Shown one piece after another: positions 24,968 through 34,391 of a DNA stretch of 64,000 nt (its first letter is position 1; the number at the start of each line of letters is the position of its first letter). A program made the position numbers and the translations under genes. Under the pieces are notes generated by a model. The model ran no database searches, had not been told where the DNA came from, and saw only the letters and a program-made list of their open reading frames with translations. This stretch comes from an uncultured delta proteobacterium (lineage in GTDB: Bacteria > Myxococcota_A > Polyangia > Polyangiales > Houyiibacteriaceae). Location of the stretch: positions 1,664,001 to 1,728,000 of the forward strand of contig CAVOVB010000001.1 of assembly GCA_963699755.1 (NCBI GenBank). Direction: 5' to 3'.

Positions 24968-27919
24968 CTAGTGAAAAACTTCGTCGACCAGCAGCCGTTG
25001 TTCGAGCTTGTGCGAGGCGCCGGAGCCCGTCGCAGGGCTCGCGCTTTCCGGGCGGGCAATGCAACGCAGAGGTTGCTCGTTGCCTAGAATTTCTGGGAGC
25101 CGCGCACGCATGAAGTACCAGGCGCCCATGTTCCAAGGTTCCTCTTGGACCCAGACCAAATCGACGTCTTTCGGATACGGGGCCAAGCGCGCTTGGAGCT
25201 CGCCTGCACGGAGCGGATACAGCTGCTCGACGCGGATGATTCCGATGTCGTCGGCTTTGGTTTTCTCCCGCCTCTCGAGAAGGTCGTAGTAGATCTTGCC
25301 GGTGCACAGGGCGAGGCGCCGAACCTTGCTCGGCTCCACGGAGGGGTCGTCGGGGATGATTCGTTGGAAAGACCCGTCGGCGAGCTCGTCTAGGGTGCTG
25401 ACGGCGCGGCGGTGTCGAAGCAGGCTCTTCGGGCTCATGACGATCAAGGGCTTACGCCAGGGACGAAGGACCTGACGCCGCAGGCAATGAAAGAGCTGCG
25501 CGGGGGTCGTGAGGTTGACGACCTGCATGTTGTCCTCGGCGCAGAGCAAGAGGAAGCGCTCGAGTCTCGCGCTCGAGTGCTCGGGCCCTTGGCCCTCCAT
25601 GCCGTGAGGGAGCAGCATGACCAGGCCGCTCAGGCGCTGCCATTTGTCTTCGGACGAGGAAATGAACTGGTCGATGATCACCTGGGCGACGTTGACGAAG
25701 TCGCCAAACTGAGCCTCCCAACACACCAAGGCGTCCGGCGAGTCGAGTGAGTACCCCCATTCGAAGCCGAGGACGCCGACTTCCGAAAGCGGGCTGTCAT
25801 AGATCTCCAGGTGTGCCTGGTCGGCGCTCAGGTGCCCGAGCCGGGTATATCTGCGGCCGGATTTTTCATCGAAGATCACGGCGTGCCGGTGGCTGAAGGT
25901 CCCGCGGCGGACATCCTGGCCGGTTAGCCTGCAGCGGACGCCCTCGAGGAGAAGACTTGCGAATGCGAGGTTCTCGGCGGTGCCCCAGTCGACGCCTTCG
26001 CCGGTCTCCATGACTTTGATTTGCTTGTCGAGAACGAAGCGCTGAATGCGCGGGTGCGGGGTGAACCATTCCGGGTAGCTCGTCAGCTTGCCCAGGGCAT
26101 CGATGAGCTTTGGTTTCGGAATTCGTGTATCCGCGTCCGGGACGTCCAAATCGCTGCCGCCCCTGTAGCCGGTCCAGAGGCCCAGCATCGTTGCTGGGAT
26201 GAGGTCGTAGTTCCCGTTGTTGCGCGTATCCTCGAGCGCACGCTCTAACTCTTGTTGGCGCTGGACCTTGATCTCGTCGGCTTGCTGAGTGGTCAGCTTC
26301 CCCGTCTTGATGAGATGGTCGATGTAGACCTCGCGGACTGTCTTCTTTTGGTCGATTGCCTCATACATCTCGGGCTGTGTGAATCGCGGCTCGTCGCCTT
26401 CGTTGTGGCCGTACTTGCGGTAGCAGAACAGGTCGAGCACCACGTCTCCGTGGAAGCGCTGCCGGTATTCGGTCGCCAAGGTCACCGCCTGGGCCACGGC
26501 TTCGGGATCCTCGCCGTTCACGTGGAACACCGGGCAACGAAGCATCCGAGTGATGTCGGTGCAATACGCGGTCGAGCGCGAGTCTTCGGGATTGGTGGTG
26601 AATCCAATTTGGTTGTTGATGACGACGTGAATCGTGCCGCCGGTTTCATATGCCGGGAGCCGGCTCAGGTTCAGCGTCTCTGCGACGACCCCTTGGCCCA
26701 CGAATGCGGCGTCGCCATGGATCAAGAGAGGCAGCACGCTGACCCGGTCCTCATCCCCTTTTCGATCTTGCTTGGCGCGGACGCGGCCTTCGACCACTGG
26801 GTTCACGAACTCTAGATGGCTCGGGTTGAAGGCCAACGTCATGTGCATGTTGTTGCCGCTCGCCGTCTTGCGATCGAGCGAGTAGCCGAGGTGGTATTTC
26901 ACATCGCCGGTGCCGACGTACTTCTCCGGGTCGTCATCCTCGAACCCTGCGAAGATCTGCCGCACGTTCATTTCCATGATGTTGACCATCACGTTGAGCC
27001 GCCCGCGGTGCGCCATGCCGATGACCATTTCCTCTACGCCCAGCTCGGAGGCGCGCTCGGTGAGGATGTCCAGCATGGGAATCACGCTCTCGCCGCCTTC
27101 GAGCGAGAAGCGCTTGGCGCCGGTGTACTTCGTATGCAGAAATTGCTCGAAGATCTCGGCATCTGTGAGCTTGGTGAGGATGCGAACCTGTTGCTCGCGA
27201 CTGAGGTCGATGTGGTTTCCGGTGAGCTCCATGCGGTCGCGGAGCCAATCGCGCGCCTTCCGGTTCTCCAGGAAGGTGAACTCGGAGCCGATCGTTCGCG
27301 AGTAGGTGTCTTTCAAGCGTGCCAGAATCGAGCGCAGCGATTCGTTCGGCGGCCCCGCCAGGTTGCCCGTCGCAAAAATGGTGTCCGGGTCGACATGGGC
27401 GAGCCCGTAACGCTTCAGAACGAACTCCTCCCCGGACGGCTTGCGATGCAAGCCCAGCGGGTCCAGGTCGGCGTAGAGATGACCGCGTACGCGGTGCGCA
27501 TTGATCAGCGTGGAGAGACGGGCCTGAAGCTCGTTGGCTGCGAGCAACTCGGACGAAGGCGGGAACGACGTGCGGACGTCGGTGAAGACGGGCTCGAGCG
27601 GAGTTTCCGCGGTGGGTGGCAAGAGGACTGAGTTCCGTACGCCGCCCAATGCCTCGGTGCCGTCGACGAGCGCGACAGCGTGTGGCACGGCCAGTGCGGG
27701 CGAACCATTTCCATCCGAGGGCAGCGGGTCCGGACTCCGAAGGCCGGTGGCCGTGACGGGCGCCATGATCGTCCCTGCGCTCGAGATCTGCGGCCAGTCG
27801 GTTGGCGCGAGGCTTTCGAAGTACGCGCGCCAAGCCTCGTCCACTGCAAGCGGGTTATCTACCCACTTGAGAAACTGCTCTTCGACCAGTCCTTGGTTTA
27901 CGCCGAAATCTGCGGTCAT
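24968..27919 (-). CDS. sucA: 2-oxoglutarate dehydrogenase E1 component
   Basis: KRFSLEG, GMAHRGRLN, GDVKYHLG, NPSHLE, HGDAAF, WEAQFGDF, GQGPEHSSARLERFL. Confidence 0.97.
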   Translation of the reverse strand: MTADFGVNQGLVEEQFLKWVDNPLAVDEAWRAYFESLAPTDWPQISSAGTIMAPVTATGLRSPDPLPSDGNGSPALAVPHAVALVDGTEALGGVRNSVLLPPTAETPLEPVFTDVRTSFPPSSELLAANELQARLSTLINAHRVRGHLYADLDPLGLHRKPSGEEFVLKRYGLAHVDPDTIFATGNLAGPPNESLRSILARLKDTYSRTIGSEFTFLENRKARDWLRDRMELTGNHIDLSREQQVRILTKLTDAEIFEQFLHTKYTGAKRFSLEGGESVIPMLDILTERASELGVEEMVIGMAHRGRLNVMVNIMEMNVRQIFAGFEDDDPEKYVGTGDVKYHLGYSLDRKTASGNNMHMTLAFNPSHLEFVNPVVEGRVRAKQDRKGDEDRVSVLPLLIHGDAAFVGQGVVAETLNLSRLPAYETGGTIHVVINNQIGFTTNPEDSRSTAYCTDITRMLRCPVFHVNGEDPEAVAQAVTLATEYRQRFHGDVVLDLFCYRKYGHNEGDEPRFTQPEMYEAIDQKKTVREVYIDHLIKTGKLTTQQADEIKVQRQQELERALEDTRNNGNYDLIPATMLGLWTGYRGGSDLDVPDADTRIPKPKLIDALGKLTSYPEWFTPHPRIQRFVLDKQIKVMETGEGVDWGTAENLAFASLLLEGVRCRLTGQDVRRGTFSHRHAVIFDEKSGRRYTRLGHLSADQAHLEIYDSPLSEVGVLGFEWGYSLDSPDALVCWEAQFGDFVNVAQVIIDQFISSSEDKWQRLSGLVMLLPHGMEGQGPEHSSARLERFLLLCAEDNMQVVNLTTPAQLFHCLRRQVLRPWRKPLIVMSPKSLLRHRRAVSTLDELADGSFQRIIPDDPSVEPSKVRRLALCTGKIYYDLLERREKTKADDIGIIRVEQLYPLRAGELQARLAPYPKDVDLVWVQEEPWNMGAWYFMRARLPEILGNEQPLRCIARPESASPATGSGASHKLEQRLLVDEVFH

Positions 27920-28033
27920 CTACGAGTCGTGGCTCCAGGAACCCTGGTCGCTGGCGAAGCCTAACGCGATCGCCTGCGAGGTGCTAGCGCGCGGCCTGGT
28001 CCCAATGCAGGACTTGGCACATCATGGGCTCCC

Positions 28034-28429
28034 ATGCCCAGAATTTTCATCGTTCTTTCCGGCTTGCTCGGCTTGAGCGCCGTGGCTCTCGGCGCGTTTG
28101 GCGCGCATGGCTTGCAATCCCGCCTCGCTTCGCTGCCCGACGCCGTCAAGCGCTTGGACTGGTGGAACACAGCCGCCCACTATCACCTGACGCATGCGCT
28201 GGCTCTCGCAGTGGCGGCCTGGCTCGTCCATCGCGGTGCGGGCGCCTCGGCGCTGATTGCGGGCTGGTCGTTCGTCGGCGGAGTCACGCTCTTCAGCGGG
28301 AGCCTCTATGTGATGGCAGTGACCGGCCAGACAAAGCTTGGAGTCATCACGCCTTTGGGTGGTCTGCTCTTCTTGGTCGGCTGGGGTGCCATCACGGTCG
28401 CGGGCTGGCGGCTTGGGGCCGGAAGCTAG
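28034..28429 (+). CDS. DUF423 (YwdK/YgdD) membrane protein
   Basis: VALGAFGAHGL, YHLTHAL, LFSGSLY, GVITPLGG. Confidence 0.9.
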   Translation: MPRIFIVLSGLLGLSAVALGAFGAHGLQSRLASLPDAVKRLDWWNTAAHYHLTHALALAVAAWLVHRGAGASALIAGWSFVGGVTLFSGSLYVMAVTGQTKLGVITPLGGLLFLVGWGAITVAGWRLGAGS

Positions 28430-29514
28430 CGCTGCTGTCCCTGTTGCTGTGCCCGGATCTGCTCGCGGAGTTGCTCCATGACTTCCGGTGGAAGCTGAGG
28501 CTGCTGCTGGGCCCCCGCCGCTGGTCCCAACGGTGGCTGTGCGGGCGATGCGGGAGGCGGCTTGCTGGGCGCTTGGAACGCCGTGGCGTCGGGCTGTAGT
28601 CGGTCCGCGAGGTACTGCGAGATCACATAAACCGTGGGCTCGCCCCTGCGCCGCAGGTAGAGCTCGTCCCCTTGTTCCGTGGCGGCACCGAGCTCGAGCA
28701 CGATCGGATCGGGGTTCTCTGCCAAGGTCAAGGTCACTGTCGCTCGGGGCTCGGTCAGCCCGGCCCTCGCTTCGGAAATGTCTGCCGCCGCGAAGTCGGA
28801 CGCCACGAGCCGTGCGGTGGTCGAAACCGTGCCCGCCACTTGCTTTGGATCGAAGTCTCCGAGCGCTTTGTGTCCTTTGCGGGCGGCCCAACCCTCTCCT
28901 TCGCGCTCGAAGACGAACGTCCCCTTCGGACCTTCGAATTGGATTGATTGCACGTCAGCGGGTTCTACGCTGACGACCTTTCGATCGCGCCAGGCCTTGA
29001 GCTCACGGTCGAACGCATAGCGAAGCGAGCCGCTCGCTCCGAAGACCTCGCTGCGTTTGTCGATCCGAACCATGGTCATCCCGTTGCCGTACTTTCCGAC
29101 CATCAGCTCGCTGAGGGTCTCGTTTCCGGCCTTCACCGTGACCCGCACGGCGCTCGCTTCGTCCACTTGGAGCCGTGCGTAGTGGTCCGGTTTCGTTGCG
29201 ACGATACGGCTGATCTCGAGGTCGGCGAGCCGCGTAAGCGCAGAATCGACGTTGTTCTGATCTGCAGCAGTCTCCAAGGGCTCGATGACCCGCCAGGAAC
29301 CGTCGACTTTGGACAGCACGACTCGCCCGTTTTCGGGCCGCGTGATCTCGAGCGCGGTGATCGCGGCCTTGTCGAGCTCGATCGTCGGTATCTCTCCGGA
29401 GCTCGTGGGTCGACGGTTTCTGTTGTTGACCGCCCAGGCCGTCAGGCCGAGGAGCACGAAGAACACCAAGGCTCCAATCGCAACTCGATTCTTTCGCCAT
29501 TCCATTGCGAGCAT
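28426..29514 (-). CDS. DUF4340 domain protein
   Basis: N-terminal TM, two repeated ..W..P..AD.. / GL..P units, WRDRKV; downstream of a GldG-like gene. Confidence 0.75.
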   Translation of the reverse strand: MLAMEWRKNRVAIGALVFFVLLGLTAWAVNNRNRRPTSSGEIPTIELDKAAITALEITRPENGRVVLSKVDGSWRVIEPLETAADQNNVDSALTRLADLEISRIVATKPDHYARLQVDEASAVRVTVKAGNETLSELMVGKYGNGMTMVRIDKRSEVFGASGSLRYAFDRELKAWRDRKVVSVEPADVQSIQFEGPKGTFVFEREGEGWAARKGHKALGDFDPKQVAGTVSTTARLVASDFAAADISEARAGLTEPRATVTLTLAENPDPIVLELGAATEQGDELYLRRRGEPTVYVISQYLADRLQPDATAFQAPSKPPPASPAQPPLGPAAGAQQQPQLPPEVMEQLREQIRAQQQGQQR

Positions 29515-29523
29515 TCCCCCAGC

Positions 29524-31233
29524 TTAGAGTGTGAGCGTCCTCTTTTTGTTCAAGCGTTGCCGCCAGCGCAAGAGTCCAAAAAGGGCAACCAGGAACGGAA
29601 TGCCGAGGGTGTTGAGCCAGCGATAGCCGAGTTTCTTGGAATCCCAGGACTCGATGGCAGCTCTGCGTTCCGCGAGTGCCGCCTCGACGCCGCCTTCGTC
29701 GCCCTGCTCGGCAGCCGAAAGCGCGGTGCTTTCCGCGACGAGCACCGAGTCGGGAATGTCGAGCGCGGGCTCTTCGGTCGTCTTGGCGCGAATCGCAATC
29801 AAGTCCGAGTCGGCGGCCAGCCAATCGATCGCGTTCAGCGCCAGAGCAAGCGCGGCGTTCATCTGCACGTCGCCTTGCTGCGGACGTGGCGGCATGAACG
29901 CGTCTTCGAGAAACGAGCCAGTACCCACGACCAGGACGCGGACATCCTTTTCGGCAACCGGCGGGGCCGGGATGGCGTTGGCCTCGTCTTCGTTGATCGG
30001 GGCAGCAAACGCCGAAGGCAACTTGCCCTCGATGGCGACCACGAGGTCGAACGGGCCGGCGTCGCTGCTCATCTGCCAGTCCCTTGGATTGCGTGGCGCG
30101 AGTGAAATCGTCGCTCCGGACATCGTCCAGGAGTCTTGCGACGAGCTCGCGAGCACGGTGAGCTTGGTGTTCGCGGGCGGCTCACTCAGCTCGAGCGGTG
30201 CGACAAATGGAAGCATCGGCGAGGCGAGTCGGAACATCACCGGATGCTCCTTTTGCGCTTCCTGGAGCTGGAGGACGGGGATCGGCGGGTATGGGACGAG
30301 CACTTGCAGGCCCAAAGGCCCCGCCATCGGTGCGCGGCTGCACTGTGCATCGGCGACCAGCTTCGAGCCGAGGCGAACGCCCCAAGCGCCAAGCAGGCCA
30401 TCCATGCGCAAGCTCAAGGCCCGCGCCGAGGGTCCAGCTTGACCGCCGAGGTCGACCGCGATCCCGCCTCCGAATATGCCAAGCGAGCCGCCACGCATCA
30501 CGAATTGATCGATGCGCCTCAGCTCCTGGTCGCTAAACGGTTCTTGGGGCCCGATGACCAAGAGTGCAGCAAGCGCGGGGTCGATGTCTTGCGTGGCGTC
30601 GACCTCGCGGACTTCGTAGAGCGAGAGCACGGACCTGAGGCTCGTGAGGCCTTGCTCGAGGCTGGGGCCGCCGTGGCCTCCGACGACCCCGATCGGTTTG
30701 CGCTCGCCAACCAGCTCCTTGATCGCCGAGGTGATGATGTACTCGAGCCCGGTGGTGTCTTGGATGATAGGAATCGCTCGAGTCTGATCGAGATAGCGGA
30801 GCACCATGCCGCGGTAGCCTTCGACGACGGCGACCTGATCCTCCTCGATTTTCTGATGGGCGACGCGTTGGACGCCGTCGGCGCGCGCGGCCTCCTGCTC
30901 GTCCTCGTCGTTTGGATTGACGAAGCGAACGATGATTTGGCCGTTCGACGCGGCCGAGTACTCTGCGAGCAAGTCACGCACCTGACGCTCGGTGGCGTTG
31001 AACGGAGGTGGGAGGTTCTCGGTGAAGTAGGCCGTGACCTCGAGGCGGTCGTCCAGGTTCGAGGCGAGCCGCTCGGACCCTTCAGCCAAGGAGAAGAGCT
31101 GGTTTTGCGTGAGGTCGATTCGCGGCGACCGGAAGTACGCGGCGAGCACGTTGAGCAAGATCAGGATGCCACCGACGATCAGAAGAAAAATCAGGGATTC
31201 GCCAGCGGCGCGTTTTTGAACACTGGATGACAT
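29524..31233 (-). CDS. GldG-family ABC-associated protein
   Basis: RIDLTQNQLFSL, LEYIITSAI, IDQFVMRGG, LNAIDWL..DSDLIAIRAK, C-terminal TM. Confidence 0.85.
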   Translation of the reverse strand: MSSSVQKRAAGESLIFLLIVGGILILLNVLAAYFRSPRIDLTQNQLFSLAEGSERLASNLDDRLEVTAYFTENLPPPFNATERQVRDLLAEYSAASNGQIIVRFVNPNDEDEQEAARADGVQRVAHQKIEEDQVAVVEGYRGMVLRYLDQTRAIPIIQDTTGLEYIITSAIKELVGERKPIGVVGGHGGPSLEQGLTSLRSVLSLYEVREVDATQDIDPALAALLVIGPQEPFSDQELRRIDQFVMRGGSLGIFGGGIAVDLGGQAGPSARALSLRMDGLLGAWGVRLGSKLVADAQCSRAPMAGPLGLQVLVPYPPIPVLQLQEAQKEHPVMFRLASPMLPFVAPLELSEPPANTKLTVLASSSQDSWTMSGATISLAPRNPRDWQMSSDAGPFDLVVAIEGKLPSAFAAPINEDEANAIPAPPVAEKDVRVLVVGTGSFLEDAFMPPRPQQGDVQMNAALALALNAIDWLAADSDLIAIRAKTTEEPALDIPDSVLVAESTALSAAEQGDEGGVEAALAERRAAIESWDSKKLGYRWLNTLGIPFLVALFGLLRWRQRLNKKRTLTL

Positions 31234-31236
31234 CGT

Positions 31237-31947
31237 TCAGCTCCACCGCCGCGATTCGAGCGCCCGAAACGCGAGCGCCAGCGCGAACACGACCACGGAA
31301 ACGAAGAAGAGAACGTCACGCAGGTCGATCACACCGCGCGCCATGCTTTGGAAATGGTAGTCGAACGAGAGCCACTGCAAGGCCGACGCGGCGTTCGTCG
31401 GGAGCAGCGCCAAGAATTTGTCGAGGACCCAGAAGAAGACGCTCAAGGTCAGCGCGACGAAGAGCGCGATGAGTTGATTGCTCGTCCAGCTCGAGGCCAT
31501 CAATCCGATGGCCAACACCGCCGACCCCTGCAGCAGCAAGCCGAGGTAGCCGCTCCAAACCGGGCCCCAGTCGAGGTCGCCGAGCGTGGAGACGCTGAGC
31601 GGGTAGCTGATGGTCAGCGCGAGGAGGACTGCATAGAGCCCCAAAACGCCCAAGAACTTCCCTAGGATCACCTGCGCCTCGGTCACCGGCAAGGTGATGA
31701 GCAGCTCGATCGTGCCGGTTCGCTTCTCTTCGGCGAGAAGGCCCATGGTGAGCGCAGGAAGTGAGAAGACGAGGATCAAGCCGAGCCATCGAAACATCTC
31801 TCGAGCGCTTGCGCGACCGAATAGAAAGAACGTCTTCCAGAAGAAGAACCCAAGCGTCAGCAAGATGATGCAAATGACGATGTAGGCGACCGGGCCGTTG
31901 AAGTAGCTTCGGAACTGGCGTCCGGCGATGGTGAGAACCGATCTCAT
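31237..31947 (-). CDS. GldF-like ABC-2 permease
   Basis: FRSYFNGPVAY, PALTMGLLAEEKRTGTIELL, ILGKF, RGVIDLRD. Confidence 0.9.
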   Translation of the reverse strand: MRSVLTIAGRQFRSYFNGPVAYIVICIILLTLGFFFWKTFFLFGRASAREMFRWLGLILVFSLPALTMGLLAEEKRTGTIELLITLPVTEAQVILGKFLGVLGLYAVLLALTISYPLSVSTLGDLDWGPVWSGYLGLLLQGSAVLAIGLMASSWTSNQLIALFVALTLSVFFWVLDKFLALLPTNAASALQWLSFDYHFQSMARGVIDLRDVLFFVSVVVFALALAFRALESRRWS

Positions 31948-32912
31948 GATGAGGCTCCTCCGTTCCCCGTGGTGAGCTGTCGAAAGATGTCTTCGAGGTT
32001 TTCGCCGCGCTGCTCGAGGCCGAGGAGCACGAGCTTGGCGGACACAGCCGCCTGAAAGATTTCGGCGCGCAGGTCTTGGTTGCCTTTGGGGACGACTTCG
32101 ACCAGAAGCTCTCCAGGCGCTCCGCCAGCCTGCTCTTTCACGCTCTGCGCATCGCCGATGACGGAAAAGACTTCGCGGACTTCGCTGGCACTGTGGCCGT
32201 TTTGCTTGAGCGTCGCGATGAATCGCGGTTTCCCGGCGCGCGCGGCGAGCTCGTCGGGGGTGTCGTCGGCCACGAGTTGCCCCTGCGAGATGATCAGAAC
32301 GCGACCGCAGGTCACCCGAACTTCCGCGAGATTGTGGGTGGATAGAATGATGGTCCGCTCACGACCAATCTCGCGGATCAGCTCACGGATCTCGGAGGCC
32401 TGGTTCGGATCGAGGCCGCTCATCGGCTCATCGAGGATCAGCACAGGAGGCTCGTGAATCAGTGCCTGCGCAAGACCCACACGTTGACGAAAGCCCTTAG
32501 AAAGCTCGCCAATACTCTTGCCGATGACTTCGCCGAGGCTGGTTTCCTCGACCACCCGGCGGAGTCTCGCCTCGAGACCTGCACCGCGAAGGCCGCGCAT
32601 CTTGCCCACGAACTGCAGGTACTCGAGCACCAACATCTCGGTGTAGAGCGGGGTGCTCTCGGGCAGATAACCGATGAGCTCGCGGACCGCGATGGGGTCC
32701 TCGAAGATGTCGGCGCCGCCGACCCGAGCCGTCCCTCCGGACGGCGCGATGAAGCAGGTCAGGATCTTCATCGTCGTGGTCTTCCCGGCCCCATTGGGTC
32801 CTAGGAAACCGACGACCTCCCCCCGATTCACTTGAAAACTGGCGTTCTTTAGCGCGGCGACCGTACCGTAGTGCTTGGTCAAGTCCCGCGCATCGATCAT
32901 CACATCGCTCAT
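31944..32912 (-). CDS. GldA-like ABC transporter ATP-binding protein
   Basis: GPNGAGKTT, LSKGFRQRVGLAQAL, LILDEP, STH; SD gggag before ATG 32912. Confidence 0.93.
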   Translation of the reverse strand: MSDVMIDARDLTKHYGTVAALKNASFQVNRGEVVGFLGPNGAGKTTTMKILTCFIAPSGGTARVGGADIFEDPIAVRELIGYLPESTPLYTEMLVLEYLQFVGKMRGLRGAGLEARLRRVVEETSLGEVIGKSIGELSKGFRQRVGLAQALIHEPPVLILDEPMSGLDPNQASEIRELIREIGRERTIILSTHNLAEVRVTCGRVLIISQGQLVADDTPDELAARAGKPRFIATLKQNGHSASEVREVFSVIGDAQSVKEQAGGAPGELLVEVVPKGNQDLRAEIFQAAVSAKLVLLGLEQRGENLEDIFRQLTTGNGGASS

Positions 32913-33068
32913 AAACTCCCTCGCGCGTGATCCGTTGCTTTTCCCAGGGCTGGCGGAGGTTAGCCCCGGCTCTAGGGCTGTCAAGACACCTCCGGAGACC
33001 CAAACCCGGGTCCCCGTGGCCTTATTCCAATGGTTGAGCTCGACGACTCCCGTGGCACGATCGCACTC

Positions 33069-34391
33069 ATGAGCCCGCTCCAGGCAGTTTCGCCGCCCAA
33101 AGTGCCGCCGATGGCGCGCATCCGGGGTGTCGCTCGCCGCGTCTCCGATCTTTGGCCGCTCACCTGGCTGGGACTGGCCCTCGCCCTCGTCGCGTCGGTG
33201 GCCCTCATCAGCTTCGGCTTCAAGAAGCTCGATTTAGTCCTCCTAGTGCTTGGCTATGGGGGAGCCGGCCTGCTGCTGATCTCGACTTTGCTGGTCGTGT
33301 CGAGCGCGCTCGGGCTTTTTTTCTGGCTCCGGCGCGCATCGTTTTCATGGCGCACGTCGACCTTCGAGACCGGGATGCCTTTGCTGACCGGATTTTCGCT
33401 GCCGTCCATGTGGTGGTTGCCCTTGGTGCAGTTGCGCTGGTCGTGGGAGGCTCCGGACGCGCTGCCCGTCGAGCCAGAGCCAGGTGCCGGACGTCTCAGA
33501 GAACGGGTGACCCTTCGTCAGCGCGGCATCTTCGAATCCGTCACGCGGCGATTGGTGATTCAAGACGCCTTCGGTCTGGCGCGGATCGTGTGGAGGCATC
33601 GTCAGCTAGGGCCGATTCAGGTGCTTCCCCACCTCGGCGGCATTCGGCGTCTACCGGTCCTGACCTCTCTCACAGGCGGGGAGGAGTTTCCGCACCCGAT
33701 GGGGCTCGAGGACGGCGACCGGGTCGAGCTCCGAAGATATGTCCCGGGCGATTCAGCACGCTTCATCCATTGGAAAGTGTTCGGCCGCACGAGGAAGCTG
33801 ATGGTGCGTGTTCCGGAGCGGGCCTTGAGCCGTGCTCGAAGGACGGTGGCCTATCTCGTCGCTGGCGTCCACGACGAAGCCGCCGCTGCAGCGGCGCGGG
33901 CGGCCATCGAAGAAGAGGCGCTCGGCACGGAATGGCAGTTCGGAGCCGATGGCTCACCGGACGCGACCTCCGATCGCTCCGAGGCCCTCCACAAGGTGAT
34001 GACCTCCTCACGACATGCGGTCGCGAGCGGCAGCGGGATGAAGCGCTTCCTGGCAGAGGTCGACCCGCGCGGGCCCGCAGCGCTCGTCGTGTTTGCGCCT
34101 CCGACCATGGGCGCCTGGCTCGATGAGATGCGCTCGCTGACCATGAGGCGCTACGGCCGCGTACGCGTGGTCATCGCGGTCGACGCCGTTCACGACCCGG
34201 ATCGTCAGCCGGGTTGGCGCCGATTTTTGCTGAGGCCATCTCGGGTCTCGGGCATCGACCGTGCTGATCTCGAGAGAGTCGGGCGCGCGCTCGGTCAGCT
34301 TCGTTGCGAGGTCGTCATCATCGACCGCGTCAGCGGGCGCCTGCTCGGAGACGGGACCCATCTCAGCTCGCCGTGGAGAAACGCCGCATGA
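33069..34391 (+). CDS. DUF58 domain protein with N-terminal TM helices
   Basis: ELRRYVPGDSARFIHWKVFGRTRKLMVR. Confidence 0.85.
   Translation: MSPLQAVSPPKVPPMARIRGVARRVSDLWPLTWLGLALALVASVALISFGFKKLDLVLLVLGYGGAGLLLISTLLVVSSALGLFFWLRRASFSWRTSTFETGMPLLTGFSLPSMWWLPLVQLRWSWEAPDALPVEPEPGAGRLRERVTLRQRGIFESVTRRLVIQDAFGLARIVWRHRQLGPIQVLPHLGGIRRLPVLTSLTGGEEFPHPMGLEDGDRVELRRYVPGDSARFIHWKVFGRTRKLMVRVPERALSRARRTVAYLVAGVHDEAAAAAARAAIEEEALGTEWQFGADGSPDATSDRSEALHKVMTSSRHAVASGSGMKRFLAEVDPRGPAALVVFAPPTMGAWLDEMRSLTMRRYGRVRVVIAVDAVHDPDRQPGWRRFLLRPSRVSGIDRADLERVGRALGQLRCEVVIIDRVSGRLLGDGTHLSSPWRNAA

Noticed and set aside
24312..24971. Short ORFs in the hsp20-sucA gap (e.g. 24312-24527, 24561-24971)
   Set aside because: They overlap repeat and inverted-repeat DNA, have low-complexity translations and lack RBS support
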